Source: Solirubrobacterales bacterium (GTDB taxonomy: Bacteria; Actinomycetota; Thermoleophilia; Solirubrobacterales; 70-9). From it: a stretch of 50,633 nt of DNA. The stretch's first letter is position 1. Every line of letters starts with the position of its first letter. Below, in pieces: positions 41,063-50,175 of this stretch. The position numbers were made by a program, and so were the translations under genes. The notes under the pieces are model-generated. The model made no database searches. It was not told where the DNA came from and saw only the letters and a list, made by a program, of their open reading frames with translations. The stretch spans positions 1 to 50,633 of the forward strand of contig JACDGU010000001.1 in assembly GCA_013821475.1 (NCBI GenBank), written 5' to 3'.

Positions 41063-41347
41063 CTACCGAACGCCCGGGTGCCGCACGGCCGCCGGGTCGG
41101 GCAGGTACAGGTCGGTGCCGCAGCGCGGGCAGACCTGGACGTAGAGCTTCAGCGCCTTGGTGCAGGTCGGGCACTGGCGTTCGGGTTCGTCCTTCTCCAC
41201 CCGGTAGAGGACGACGGCGACGAGGCCGAGGATCGGCAGCACCGCTCCGACCAGGAACCAGATGAAGAAGGAGCTGCCCTTGCTGCGGCCGACGATCGCC
41301 GTGGCGAGGCCGAAGAAGAAGACGATGACGAGGTACTCGAGGCCCAT
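41063..41347 (-). CDS. small membrane protein with a C-terminal zinc-ribbon
   Basis: 94 aa with two TM helices followed by CPTC-x12-CPRC. Confidence 0.6.
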   Translation of the reverse strand: MGLEYLVIVFFFGLATAIVGRSKGSSFFIWFLVGAVLPILGLVAVVLYRVEKDEPERQCPTCTKALKLYVQVCPRCGTDLYLPDPAAVRHPGVR

Positions 41348-41463
41348 GCGCCCACATTGTGGCGGGTCGGCGACTAGGCCTTACGTCCAGGCAGACCGAC
41401 ACGGCTAAGCCCCGGCGGCCTATGGCCGACAACTGAAAGAGGGCCAGCCGGCCACCCTCGTCT

Positions 41464-43047
41464 ATGGCGATTCCCCAGACCACAGGTCGCAAGAACAAGA
41501 GCAGGCGGCACGCCCACCGCAAGCAGAAGCACGTCTGGAACGACAAGCACTGGCGCTGGGTCCCGACCGCCGACGGCGACTGGCGGGTCCAGGGCTACGT
41601 CTTTCACCACAAACACAAGCCTGCCAAGCACCACTTCCGCGGCCCCGGGCCGAAGCCGGTGCGGCGGCTGGCGGCAGCCGCGGCGCTCAACCCCGATCCG
41701 CGCCCGGCGGGGGCCTACCAGGGCCCCTTCGGCCACGACCAGGCGGTGCGACTGCTGAACCGGGCGGGCTTCGGCCCCAGCCTCGGCCAAGCCGACCCGC
41801 TCGCCTCGCTCGGTCTCGTCGGCGCGGTCCAGTCGTTGACCAGACCCAGCGGCGCGGCGATCCTGAGCGGGCCGGCGCCGGTCGACGACAACGGCAAACC
41901 GCTCGCCCCCGCCGACTCCTGGGGCCACGACCACCTCTGGTGGCTGGACCGGATGGTGCGCAGCAACCAGCCGCTGGTCGAGCGCATGGCGCTGGTCTTC
42001 CACGACTGGTTCGCGACCTCGAAGCGCGGCGTCTCCAAGCAGCAGCAGATGATCGACCAGTCGAACCTCTTCCGCGCCGCCTGGGGCGGCTCGTTCCTCG
42101 ACCTGTTCAAGGCGGTGGCGATCGATCCGGCGATGCTGCAATGGCTGAACGGCGCCGAAAACGAGAAGTGGGCGCCGAACGAGAACTTTGGCCGCGAGAT
42201 GATGGAGCTGTTCAGCCTCGGTGCCGACCGCGGCGCCTATACCGAGGACGACGTGCGCGAACAGGCGCGGGCGCTGACCGGCTGGCGCAACGACTGGTCG
42301 AACGAACTCGGTGCCCACAACTTCCGCTTCGAACCCGGCTGGCACGACACGGGCAGCAAGTCCGTCTTCGGCCGCAGCGGCAACTGGGGCTGGGAAGACG
42401 CCTGCCGACTGTGTGTCGAACACCCCCTCCATCCCTCCTTCTTCGTCGACAAGCTGTGGAGCTACTTCGTCCCCACGCCGGCCCCCGAACCCCTGCGCGC
42501 CAGCCTGATCGACACCTACGTCGGCTCCGGCTGGCAGATCCGGCCGGTGTTGGAGACGATCCTGATGAGCCCGGCGCTCTACGAAGGGCCGCCGATGGTC
42601 AAACCGCCGGTGGTGCAGCTGGCTGGGATGCTGCGCGCGGTCGGCCGCTACATCGACACCACCGCCTGGGTCTGGCTCTGCGAACCGGCCGGCCAGGTGC
42701 TCTTCCTGCCGCCCAATGTCGCCGGCTGGGACGACTCGCGCTGGCTCGACACCTCGCGCATGCGCGCCCGCTGGAACATCGTCGACTACGTCCTCGACGG
42801 GATCTCCGTCGACGCCTGGCGGCGGCCCTACAGCACGACCGAGACCGCTGAGGAAGCGCTGGCGCGGGCGCTGGGCTCGTGGGGCTCGCCGGGCCTGCGC
42901 GAAGAACATCGCGCCGAGCTCCTCGAATTCGCCCGCCGCGCCGAAAAACAAGTTTCCGCCAACTGGCAGAAGGGCCCCTACCGGGCGATGCGCCAGAACG
43001 CCCTCCTGCAGCTGATCGGTATCAGCCCCGACCTGATCCTGCAATGA
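41464..43047 (+). CDS. DUF1800 domain protein
   Basis: 527 aa with family blocks (LLNRAGFGP, FHDWFATS, GREMMELFSLG...YTEDDVREQARALTGW). The N-terminal ~65 aa are unusually His/Lys/Arg-rich. Confidence 0.8.
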   Translation: MAIPQTTGRKNKSRRHAHRKQKHVWNDKHWRWVPTADGDWRVQGYVFHHKHKPAKHHFRGPGPKPVRRLAAAAALNPDPRPAGAYQGPFGHDQAVRLLNRAGFGPSLGQADPLASLGLVGAVQSLTRPSGAAILSGPAPVDDNGKPLAPADSWGHDHLWWLDRMVRSNQPLVERMALVFHDWFATSKRGVSKQQQMIDQSNLFRAAWGGSFLDLFKAVAIDPAMLQWLNGAENEKWAPNENFGREMMELFSLGADRGAYTEDDVREQARALTGWRNDWSNELGAHNFRFEPGWHDTGSKSVFGRSGNWGWEDACRLCVEHPLHPSFFVDKLWSYFVPTPAPEPLRASLIDTYVGSGWQIRPVLETILMSPALYEGPPMVKPPVVQLAGMLRAVGRYIDTTAWVWLCEPAGQVLFLPPNVAGWDDSRWLDTSRMRARWNIVDYVLDGISVDAWRRPYSTTETAEEALARALGSWGSPGLREEHRAELLEFARRAEKQVSANWQKGPYRAMRQNALLQLIGISPDLILQ

Positions 43048-43060
43048 CCTGGAGCAGATC

Positions 43061-44410
43061 GTGAAGAACAACTGCTGCGACGAGTACACCCGCTCCCAAC
43101 TGCTGCGCTCGGCCGCGGCCGAAGCCGGCAAGGGCCTGCCGGCGATCGAGGTCGGGATGCCAGAGCCGGCGGGGACCGGGCTCTCGCGGCGGCGGTTCCT
43201 CTCGCGCAGCGCCGGGCTGGCGCTGGCCGTCTACGGCGCCTCGAAGATCCCGCTCTCGGCCTTCGAGACCGGGATCGCCCAGGCGGCGCCGACCGACAAG
43301 GTCCTGGTCTCGGTCTTCTTCGAAGGCGGAATCGACGCGCTCAGCCTGTTGGCCCCGGTCGGCGACCCGAAGTACGCCCAGCTGCGCCCGAAACTGGCCG
43401 AGGCACCCGGCTCCGGGACCAGCTTCAGCGAGGACTCGCGCCTGCAGTGGCACCCGGCGGCCGCCGGGCTGGCGACGCTGCACGACGAGGGCAAAGTCAG
43501 CTCCTTCCCGGCGATCGGCTACGACCACCCCGACCAGTCGCACTTCACCTCACGCCACTACTACGAGATCGGCCAGCTCGAGGTCGGGTACCGGACCGGC
43601 TGGCTGGGCCGCTACATCGACGCCGTCGGCGACGACGAAAACCCGCTGCAGGGGCTCTCGATGGACGGCTCGCTCTCGCCGATGATCGCCACCGCGGAAA
43701 AGCCGGTGGCGGCGATCGACAGCGTCGACGGGTACGACCTCTGGTCGGCGGTGAGCGAACCGATCCAGAGCGAGATGTTCAACAGCTTCGCCCGCTTCGG
43801 CTCGCTGCCCTCGGACTCGCCGGGGCTGGCCCAGGTCCGCCACGCGACCTCCCAGACCGACAAGCTGCGAACCGAACTCGGCGGCGTCGGCAAAGCCAGC
43901 AGCCCAGTCGAATATCCCGACACCGACTTCGGCCACAAGCTCGCCGGCCTCGCCGCCTACCTCGCCTTCGGCTTGCCGATGCGGGTGGTGACGATCCGCG
44001 CCGCGGGCAGCTACGACACCCACGCCGGCCAGGCGCCGGACCTCGAACGGAACCTGCGCGAAACCTGCGAAGGCCTGCTCGCCTTCCAGCGCGACCTCGA
44101 GAACCGCGGCCTCGCCGACCGGGTGCTGACCGAGGTCTGGAGCGAGTTCGGCCGCCGGCCCGAGGAAAACGGCTCCGAAGGCACCGACCACGGCGCCGCC
44201 GGCTGCGCATTCGTGATCGGCTCCAAAGCCAAGGGCGAAATGGTCGGCGAATTCCCCGGCCTCTCGAAACTCGACGGCGACGAAAACCTCCGCGTGACCA
44301 GCGACTTCCGGGCGATGTACTGCTCGCTGCTGGAGCAGTGGCTGGGTTACGACGCCGCCTCGATCATCCCCGGGGCCTCCGGCTTCGCCCGCCCGCCACT
44401 GGTGGCGTGA
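43061..44410 (+). CDS. DUF1501 domain protein (sulfatase/alkaline-phosphatase-like fold) with a Tat signal
   Basis: 449 aa with a twin-arginine motif (SRRRFLSRSAGLALAV). DUF1501 blocks are present (FFEGGIDALS, GSYDTHAGQ, EFGRRPEENGSEGTDHG). Confidence 0.8.
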   Translation: MKNNCCDEYTRSQLLRSAAAEAGKGLPAIEVGMPEPAGTGLSRRRFLSRSAGLALAVYGASKIPLSAFETGIAQAAPTDKVLVSVFFEGGIDALSLLAPVGDPKYAQLRPKLAEAPGSGTSFSEDSRLQWHPAAAGLATLHDEGKVSSFPAIGYDHPDQSHFTSRHYYEIGQLEVGYRTGWLGRYIDAVGDDENPLQGLSMDGSLSPMIATAEKPVAAIDSVDGYDLWSAVSEPIQSEMFNSFARFGSLPSDSPGLAQVRHATSQTDKLRTELGGVGKASSPVEYPDTDFGHKLAGLAAYLAFGLPMRVVTIRAAGSYDTHAGQAPDLERNLRETCEGLLAFQRDLENRGLADRVLTEVWSEFGRRPEENGSEGTDHGAAGCAFVIGSKAKGEMVGEFPGLSKLDGDENLRVTSDFRAMYCSLLEQWLGYDAASIIPGASGFARPPLVA

Positions 44411-44414
44411 GCCG

Positions 44415-44999
44415 ATGAGGCGGGCGCTCGCGGTCACGGTCGGAGTGGCGCTGTTGGCGGCGCTGCTGCTGTCGACCAGCATGGGGTCGATCCTCCATCC
44501 GAGCGGAGCCGAGGCGGCGGAATGCACCTGGCAGCGACACGGCAAACGGGTCGTAAAGCACATCAAGCGCCACGGGCGAGTACGGCGGGTCGTGGTCGTC
44601 AGGCACTCGTGGAGCTGCGAGGAAGTGCCCCTCGCACCGGTGGCGACGCCGAACCCGACCCCGGCGCCGCCGGTGACCGCGCCGTCGCAGCTCGAACCGG
44701 AAGCGAATGCGCTCAGCGTCACCTCCCGGGACCAGACCGCCTACTCGTACACGCTGTCGCGGCCACAGACCAAGGACGGCGAACTGACGGTCGAACTCAA
44801 CAACCAGGGCGAAGACCCCCACAACCTCAACCTGCAGCTGGAAAGCGGCGAAGGCAGCGTCTACAAAATCGGCAAAACCCTGCCCACCGAACACCAGGTC
44901 GCTAGCTTCAACCTGCCGGCGGGCACCTACCGCCTCTGGTGCAGCTTCATGACCCACGACGAAAAAGGCATGCACGCCACGCTCGTCGTCGCCCCGTAG
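44415..44999 (+). CDS. secreted cupredoxin-like (plastocyanin/azurin family) domain protein
   Basis: 194 aa with an N-terminal signal or anchor and a Pro-rich linker. The C-terminal beta-sandwich carries candidate type-1 Cu ligands (DPHNL ... WCSFMTHDEKGMH). Confidence 0.6.
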   Translation: MRRALAVTVGVALLAALLLSTSMGSILHPSGAEAAECTWQRHGKRVVKHIKRHGRVRRVVVVRHSWSCEEVPLAPVATPNPTPAPPVTAPSQLEPEANALSVTSRDQTAYSYTLSRPQTKDGELTVELNNQGEDPHNLNLQLESGEGSVYKIGKTLPTEHQVASFNLPAGTYRLWCSFMTHDEKGMHATLVVAP

Positions 45000-45015
45000 C
45001 GAGGGCAGCGCCCAG

Positions 45016-46287
45016 CTAGCCGAGTGGCTTGCGGTGCCCGATCGAGCCGAGCTCGGAGATGTCGCGCTTGAACGGCAGGCCGGCGGTCCAGTCGAGCACC
45101 GCGCGCACCTTGCGAGCTGCGCCCGGGATCTGGCTCATGTGGTAGCTGCGGGCGAGCCACCAGGCGGGGAAACCGCGGAAGGTCATGTCGCCGATCCGGC
45201 CCACTGCCTTGTAGCGACCGAGGTTGACGAAGGACGCCTCGCTGCGGTACTCGAAGGCCTGTGGGTTGCCGATCCCGAGCTCGGCGGCGATGTTGCGGGC
45301 GACGACCGGGCCCTGGCGGACGGCGTGCTGGGCGGTGGGCGGACAGACGCCGCCGCGGGGGTCGGGGGCGGCGGCGCAGTCGCCGATCGCCCAGACGGAG
45401 TCCGAGCCCTGGACCCGCAGGTACTCGTCGACCGGGACGCGACCGCGCTCGTCGAGCGGCAGGTTGAGTTCCTTGAGAATCGGCTGCGGAACGACGCCGG
45501 CGGTCCAGACCACGGTCCGGCTCGGCAGCGTCTCGCCGCTTGAGAGGCGGGCGAACTCGGGGCCGACCTCCTCCAGAGTGGTCTGCAGGCGGATGTCGAT
45601 GCCGCGGCCGCGCAGCTCGCGCAGCGCGTACTCGGCCAGCTGCAGGTCGATCTCCGGCAGGACCCGGTCCATCGCCTCGACCAGGACCCAGCGCATCCCG
45701 TGCAGCCGTGCGCGCGGGTAGCTCTCCATCGCGTCGGCGGCGAAGTCCTGCAGCTCGGCCAGCGCCTCGAGGCCGGCGTAGCCGCCCCCGACGAAGACGT
45801 AGGTGAGCAGTTCGTCGCGGCGGACGGGATCCTCGGTCGCGTTGGCTTCCTCGAGCGTCTCGACCACGTGGTTGCGCAGGTAGATCGCGTCGGCGAGGCT
45901 CTTGAAGCCGACCGCGTGCTCGGCCAGCCCGGGGATCGGCAGCACCCGCGAGACCGAGCCCAGCGCCAGCAGCAGCTGGTCGTAGGGCAGCGTCTCGGTT
46001 TCCCCGTACTTGGCCCGCAGCTCGACGGTCTTCGCCGCGGGATCGTGGGCGACGATCGAGCCCAGCCGCAGGTAGGTGCGCTTGAGAATGTCCCGCAGCG
46101 GCGTCACCACGTGCCGCGGCTCCAGCGTCCCCGCGGCGGCCTCGGGCAGGAACGGCGTGTAGAGCATGAAGTTCGTCTCGTTGACGAGCAGCATCCGCGC
46201 CGACTGCTTCGGCATCGTCTTCTCCAGCTCCCGGGCAGCCGCCGCCCCCGCGAACCCTCCACCGGCGATGACTACGTTCCAGGCCAT
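45016..46287 (-). CDS. ndh: type II NADH dehydrogenase (NDH-2)
   Basis: 423 aa with two Rossmann motifs (VVIAGGGFAG; FVGGGYAGLE) and the GDCA motif. Confidence 0.88.
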   Translation of the reverse strand: MAWNVVIAGGGFAGAAAARELEKTMPKQSARMLLVNETNFMLYTPFLPEAAAGTLEPRHVVTPLRDILKRTYLRLGSIVAHDPAAKTVELRAKYGETETLPYDQLLLALGSVSRVLPIPGLAEHAVGFKSLADAIYLRNHVVETLEEANATEDPVRRDELLTYVFVGGGYAGLEALAELQDFAADAMESYPRARLHGMRWVLVEAMDRVLPEIDLQLAEYALRELRGRGIDIRLQTTLEEVGPEFARLSSGETLPSRTVVWTAGVVPQPILKELNLPLDERGRVPVDEYLRVQGSDSVWAIGDCAAAPDPRGGVCPPTAQHAVRQGPVVARNIAAELGIGNPQAFEYRSEASFVNLGRYKAVGRIGDMTFRGFPAWWLARSYHMSQIPGAARKVRAVLDWTAGLPFKRDISELGSIGHRKPLG

Positions 46288-46299
46288 GCCCCCAACGTA

Positions 46300-46328
46300 G
46301 CACTTTGTAACAACGTGTCACAAAGTGC
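46300..46328. promoter_or_regulatory. 9-bp perfect inverted repeat 13 nt upstream of the ndh start (operator or leader-hairpin candidate)
   Basis: GCACTTTGT-11 nt-ACAAAGTGC. The half-sites TTGTAAC / GTCACAA resemble Rex-box halves (TTGTGAA), but the spacer is 5 nt rather than 4. Confidence 0.4.
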
Positions 46329-46396
46329 GAAGAATCACATTCCGCGCCGCGTCCGAAGGTACTTCTTCCCGCACAACGGGAACAACTGCGTTCGAG

Positions 46397-47830
46397 TCAG
46401 AGGCCGAGCTGGGCGCGGATCAGGCGGTTGACGTCGCCGCCGTCGGCGCGGCCGCTGGTCTCGCGCATCACGGCGCCGACGATCGAGCCGATCGCCTTGC
46501 CGTTGCCAGCCTTTATCTGCTCAGCGGCCGCCGGGTCGGCGGCGATCGCGGCGGCGACAATCGACTCCAGGTCGCCGTCGTCATCCCCCATCGCCAGGCC
46601 CTCGCGCTCGACGATCACCTGGGCGTCGCCGCCCTCCTCGACCAGGGCTGCGAGGACGGTCTTGCCGCTGCCGTGGGAGATCGTCTTGCGGGCGACCAGC
46701 GTGATCAGCTCCGCCAGCGCCGCCGGGGTGACCTTGGACTCGGCGGCGGTACCGCCGCCGGCCGCACGCAGCGCCGCGGCGAGCTCGCCCGTTACCCAGT
46801 TGGCGACTACCTTGGGCTCGACGCCGCTGACGTCGGTGCTCACCTGCTCGAAGTAGGCGGCCGTCTCGGGATCGGCGGCGAGGACGGCGGCGACGTCGCG
46901 GGCCAGGCCCTCGCCGACGTAGCGCTCGATCCGCGCCGCGGGTAGCTCGGGCAGCGACTCGCGGGCGGTGCGCGCCATCTCCTCGGTCGGTGCGATCGCG
47001 ACCAGGTCGGGCTCGGGGAAGTAGCGGTAGTCGTGGGCTTCCTCCTTCGAGCGCAGCGAGGTCAGGCTGCCGCTCTGGGGGTCGAAGTGGAGCGTCTCCT
47101 GTTCGACCTCTCCCCCGCTCTCGATCAGCCGGCGCTGGCGTTCGAGCTCGGCTTCGACCCCGCGCTGGAGGAAGCGGAAGCTGTTCATGTTCTTCAGCTC
47201 GGTCTTGGTACCCAGTGTCTCGGTGCCCGCGGGACGGACCGAGACGTTGGCGTCGACCCGCAGGCTGCCCTCCTCCATGTTCACGTCGGAGACGCCGAGC
47301 TGGCGCACCGTCTCGCGCAGCAGCCGCGCCCACTCGGCGGCCTCGGCAGCGCCGCGCAGATCCGGCTCGGTGACGATCTCGACCAGGGGCGTGCCGCCGC
47401 GGTTGAAGTCGACCAGCGAGGCGCTGGAGCCGTGGATCCGACCCGACTCGCCGGCGTGGATCATCTTCGCCGCGTCCTCCTCGAGGTGGGCGCGGTGGAT
47501 GCGGACGTCGCCGAGCCGACCGGCACCCGCGATCGGGGTGTCGTATTGGCTGATCTGATACGCCTTCGGACTGTCGGGATAGAAGTAGTTCTTGCGGTGG
47601 AAGATCGAGCGCGGCGCCACCTCGCAGCCGAGCGCGGCGGCGATCTGCAGGGCGTAGAGGATCGCCTGTTCGTTGACCACCGGCAGCACCCCCGGGTGGG
47701 CTAGGCAGACCGGGCAGGTGTGGACGTTCGGCTCGTCGCCGAAGGAGAGTTCGCAGCCGCAGAACATCTTCGTCTTCGTCGCCAGCTGGACATGGATCTC
47801 CAGACCGATGACCGCCTCCAGCTCAGCCAT
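46397..47830 (-). CDS. gatB: Asp-tRNA(Asn)/Glu-tRNA(Gln) amidotransferase subunit B
   Basis: Starts at MAELEAVIGLEIHVQLATKTKMFCGC (ATG 47830), overlapping the gatA end by 8 nt. 477 aa. Confidence 0.92.
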   Translation of the reverse strand: MAELEAVIGLEIHVQLATKTKMFCGCELSFGDEPNVHTCPVCLAHPGVLPVVNEQAILYALQIAAALGCEVAPRSIFHRKNYFYPDSPKAYQISQYDTPIAGAGRLGDVRIHRAHLEEDAAKMIHAGESGRIHGSSASLVDFNRGGTPLVEIVTEPDLRGAAEAAEWARLLRETVRQLGVSDVNMEEGSLRVDANVSVRPAGTETLGTKTELKNMNSFRFLQRGVEAELERQRRLIESGGEVEQETLHFDPQSGSLTSLRSKEEAHDYRYFPEPDLVAIAPTEEMARTARESLPELPAARIERYVGEGLARDVAAVLAADPETAAYFEQVSTDVSGVEPKVVANWVTGELAAALRAAGGGTAAESKVTPAALAELITLVARKTISHGSGKTVLAALVEEGGDAQVIVEREGLAMGDDDGDLESIVAAAIAADPAAAEQIKAGNGKAIGSIVGAVMRETSGRADGGDVNRLIRAQLGL

Positions 47831-49265
47831 CCGAGCCCACCGGCTTGGCATCGAAGCCGATCGCCTGCTCCAGCGCGTATGAGGCCTCGAGCAGCTTCTG
47901 CTCGGCGAAGGCGGGGGCGGCGATCTGGAAGCCGACCGGCAGCTGCCTGCCGCCACCCTCGGGCTCGGCCAGCCCGGCGGGGATCGAGATCGCCGGGATT
48001 CCGGCCAGGCTCATCGGCACGGTGAAGAAGTCGTTGAGGTACATCGAGAGCGGGTCGGCGGTCTTCTCGCCGAGCTCGAAGGCGACCGAGGGCGAGGTCG
48101 GGGTGACAACGAAGTCGACCTTCTCGAAGGCGGCCTTGAAGTCCTCGGCGATCCGGGTGCGAACCTTCTGCGCCTGGCCGTAGTAGGCGTCGTAGTAGCC
48201 GGAGGAGAGCGCGTAGGTGCCGAGCATGATGCGCCGCTTGACCTCGGTCCCGAAGCCCTGCGAGCGGGTCGTCTCGTACATCTGCAGGAGGTCGCCATCG
48301 CCGCCGGCGCGGACCCCGTAGCGGACGCCGTCGTAGCGGGCGAGGTTGGAGGAGGCCTCGGCCGGGGCGATCACGTAGTACGCGGAGATGCCGTGCTCGG
48401 CGCTCGGCAGCGCGACCTCGGCGAGCTCGCCCCCCAGGTCCTCGATCCACTTCAGCGTCGCCTCGAAAACCTCGCGCACGCCGGCGTCGAAGCCGGCCCC
48501 GGCGAGGTCGCTGGGAACGCCGAAGCGCAGGCCGCCCAGATCCTCGCGGCTGGGGGCGAGGATCCCGCCCTCGATCCCGACCGAGGTCGAGTCGCAGGGG
48601 TCGCGCCCCTCCATCGCGGCCAGCAGCAGCGCCGCGTCGGTGACGTCGCGGGTGAACGGCCCGCACTGGTCGAGCGAGGAGGCGAAGGCGATCATCCCGT
48701 AGCGCGAGATCGCCCCGTAGGTGGGCTTGAGGCCGACGATCCCGCAGAGCGAGGCGGGCTGGCGGATCGAGCCACCGGTGTCGGTGCCGATCGCGCAGGG
48801 GGCGAGGCCGCCGGCGACCGCGGCCGCCGAGCCGCCCGAGGAGCCGCCGGGGACGCGGCCACGGTCCCAGGGGTTGAGCACCGGCCCGTAGGCCGAGTTC
48901 TCGTTCGAGGAGCCCATCGCGAACTCGTCCATGTTGGTCTTGCCGAGGACCCTGGCGCCGGCGGCGTCGAGGCGGCGCACCGCGGTCGCGGTGTACGGGG
49001 GGCGGTAGCCCTCGAGGATCCGCGAGCCGGCGGTGGTCGGCGTGCCCTCGGTGCAGAAGATGTCCTTGACCGCAACCGGGATGCCGCCCAGCGGGCCGTC
49101 CATCGCCTGGTGGTCGACCGGGTGCTCGACGTGGAAGAGGTAGGCGTTGAGATCGTCGCCGGCCGCAGCCTCGCGCCAGGCGTCGAAGTACTCCTCCGCC
49201 GAGAGCTCGGTCGCGGCGATCTGCGCCGCCGCTTCGGCGACGGTGAGCTCGAGGATCCCGGCCAT
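47823..49265 (-). CDS. gatA: Asp-tRNA(Asn)/Glu-tRNA(Gln) amidotransferase subunit A
   Basis: 480 aa with the amidase signature (GGSSGGSAAAVA). ATG overlaps the gatC TGA. Confidence 0.93.
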   Translation of the reverse strand: MAGILELTVAEAAAQIAATELSAEEYFDAWREAAAGDDLNAYLFHVEHPVDHQAMDGPLGGIPVAVKDIFCTEGTPTTAGSRILEGYRPPYTATAVRRLDAAGARVLGKTNMDEFAMGSSNENSAYGPVLNPWDRGRVPGGSSGGSAAAVAGGLAPCAIGTDTGGSIRQPASLCGIVGLKPTYGAISRYGMIAFASSLDQCGPFTRDVTDAALLLAAMEGRDPCDSTSVGIEGGILAPSREDLGGLRFGVPSDLAGAGFDAGVREVFEATLKWIEDLGGELAEVALPSAEHGISAYYVIAPAEASSNLARYDGVRYGVRAGGDGDLLQMYETTRSQGFGTEVKRRIMLGTYALSSGYYDAYYGQAQKVRTRIAEDFKAAFEKVDFVVTPTSPSVAFELGEKTADPLSMYLNDFFTVPMSLAGIPAISIPAGLAEPEGGGRQLPVGFQIAAPAFAEQKLLEASYALEQAIGFDAKPVGSDG

Positions 49266-49555
49266 CAGGCGTCGGCCTGGGGCGAGGGCACGCGGAAGGC
49301 GCCGTCCTGCGGTTCGGGCGCCGAGGCCAGCGCCACCTCCGGCGGCAGGCTCGGCCGCGGCTCATCCGCCCGCCAGACGTTCTCCAGCGCGACCACGTGC
49401 GAGGTCGGCTCGACGCCCTCGAGATCGAGGTTGGAGATCCGATCGACGTGCTCGAGGATCCCCGAGAGATCTCCGGTCATCGTCTCGACTTCGTCCTCGG
49501 TCAGCTTCAGCCGTGCCAGTCTCGCCACGTGCAGCACTTGATCGCGATCAATCAC
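49265..49555 (-). CDS. gatC: Asp-tRNA(Asn)/Glu-tRNA(Gln) amidotransferase subunit C
   Basis: 96 aa from GTG 49555 (V/MIDRDQVLHVARLARLKLTEDE), a typical GatC N-terminus. Confidence 0.85.
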   Translation of the reverse strand: MIDRDQVLHVARLARLKLTEDEVETMTGDLSGILEHVDRISNLDLEGVEPTSHVVALENVWRADEPRPSLPPEVALASAPEPQDGAFRVPSPQADA

Positions 49556-49567
49556 GGCCGGGATTCT

Positions 49568-49642
49568 AGGGTGCGTGCAGGGGGTGAAGCGTGTTGTACT
49601 TTTTTCGTCGCTTCGGACCGCGGAACCCCCTGCACGCACCCT
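49568..49642. repeat. perfect 17-bp inverted repeat enclosing a 6-bp inner hairpin, between divergent gatC and a membrane-protein gene
   Basis: AGGGTGCGTGCAGGGGG (49568-49584) pairs with CCCCCTGCACGCACCCT (49626-49642). The inner pair is GAAGCG (49586-49591) / CGCTTC (49609-49614), with a T-rich loop. Confidence 0.8.
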
Positions 49643-49671
49643 GGCTAGCCAGCCAGTTATTGTCCGCACCG

Positions 49672-50115
49672 ATGCAGGGAGCCGCGGCCGAGAGATTCGT
49701 CGTCCTCAACCTGCGCCTGCTCGCGGCCACCTTCGCCGTCGTCGGACTGCTCTTCATCGCCGTCCCCGACGGCACGCTCGACGTGATCTCCGATTTCGGC
49801 GAACTGCTCGGCAACCACACCCGCGCCCCGCACGGCGACGAGCAGCTCTGGCTCTCGCTCGGCTTCGCCTACATGGTCGTGATCACCGGGATCTGCCTGG
49901 TCGTGCAGATGGACGTCGTTCGCTACCGGCCGCTGCTGCTCGTCCTCGCCGCCGGCAAGACCGCCTCCTCGCTGGCGACGCTCGGCTTTTTCCTCTTCGA
50001 CGAACAGGTCTTCGCCTACCTGCTCAACTTCCTGCTCGACGGCTCGCTGGTGGTGATCTCGCTGGCCCTCTGGGTTCTCGCCGGGCGGATCGGCCGGCGG
50101 CTCGACCCCGGTTGA
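49672..50115 (+). CDS. hypothetical integral membrane protein (4 predicted TM helices)
   Basis: Start moved to ATG 49672. The first 27 codons of the 49591 ORF have poor GC3 and lie inside the inverted repeat. The rest is hydrophobic with high GC3. Confidence 0.6.
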   Translation: MQGAAAERFVVLNLRLLAATFAVVGLLFIAVPDGTLDVISDFGELLGNHTRAPHGDEQLWLSLGFAYMVVITGICLVVQMDVVRYRPLLLVLAAGKTASSLATLGFFLFDEQVFAYLLNFLLDGSLVVISLALWVLAGRIGRRLDPG

Positions 50116-50175
50116 CAGCGCCCGCCAGGGCTGTCGGCCGCTGAGCAACGAACCCTGGGCGCGATCTGCGCGGCG

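Noticed and set aside
46300-46328. Calling the ndh-upstream palindrome a bona fide Rex box
   Set aside because: The half-sites are similar, but the spacer is 5 nt instead of 4 and only 5-6 of 7 positions match per half. I report it as operator-like only.
49591-49671. GTG start at 49591 for the membrane protein, as given in the ORF track
   Set aside because: The first 27 codons have poor GC3 (ttt, ttt, cgt, gga, gca, cta, tta) and lie within the 17-bp inverted repeat. ATG 49672 fits the coding statistics better.
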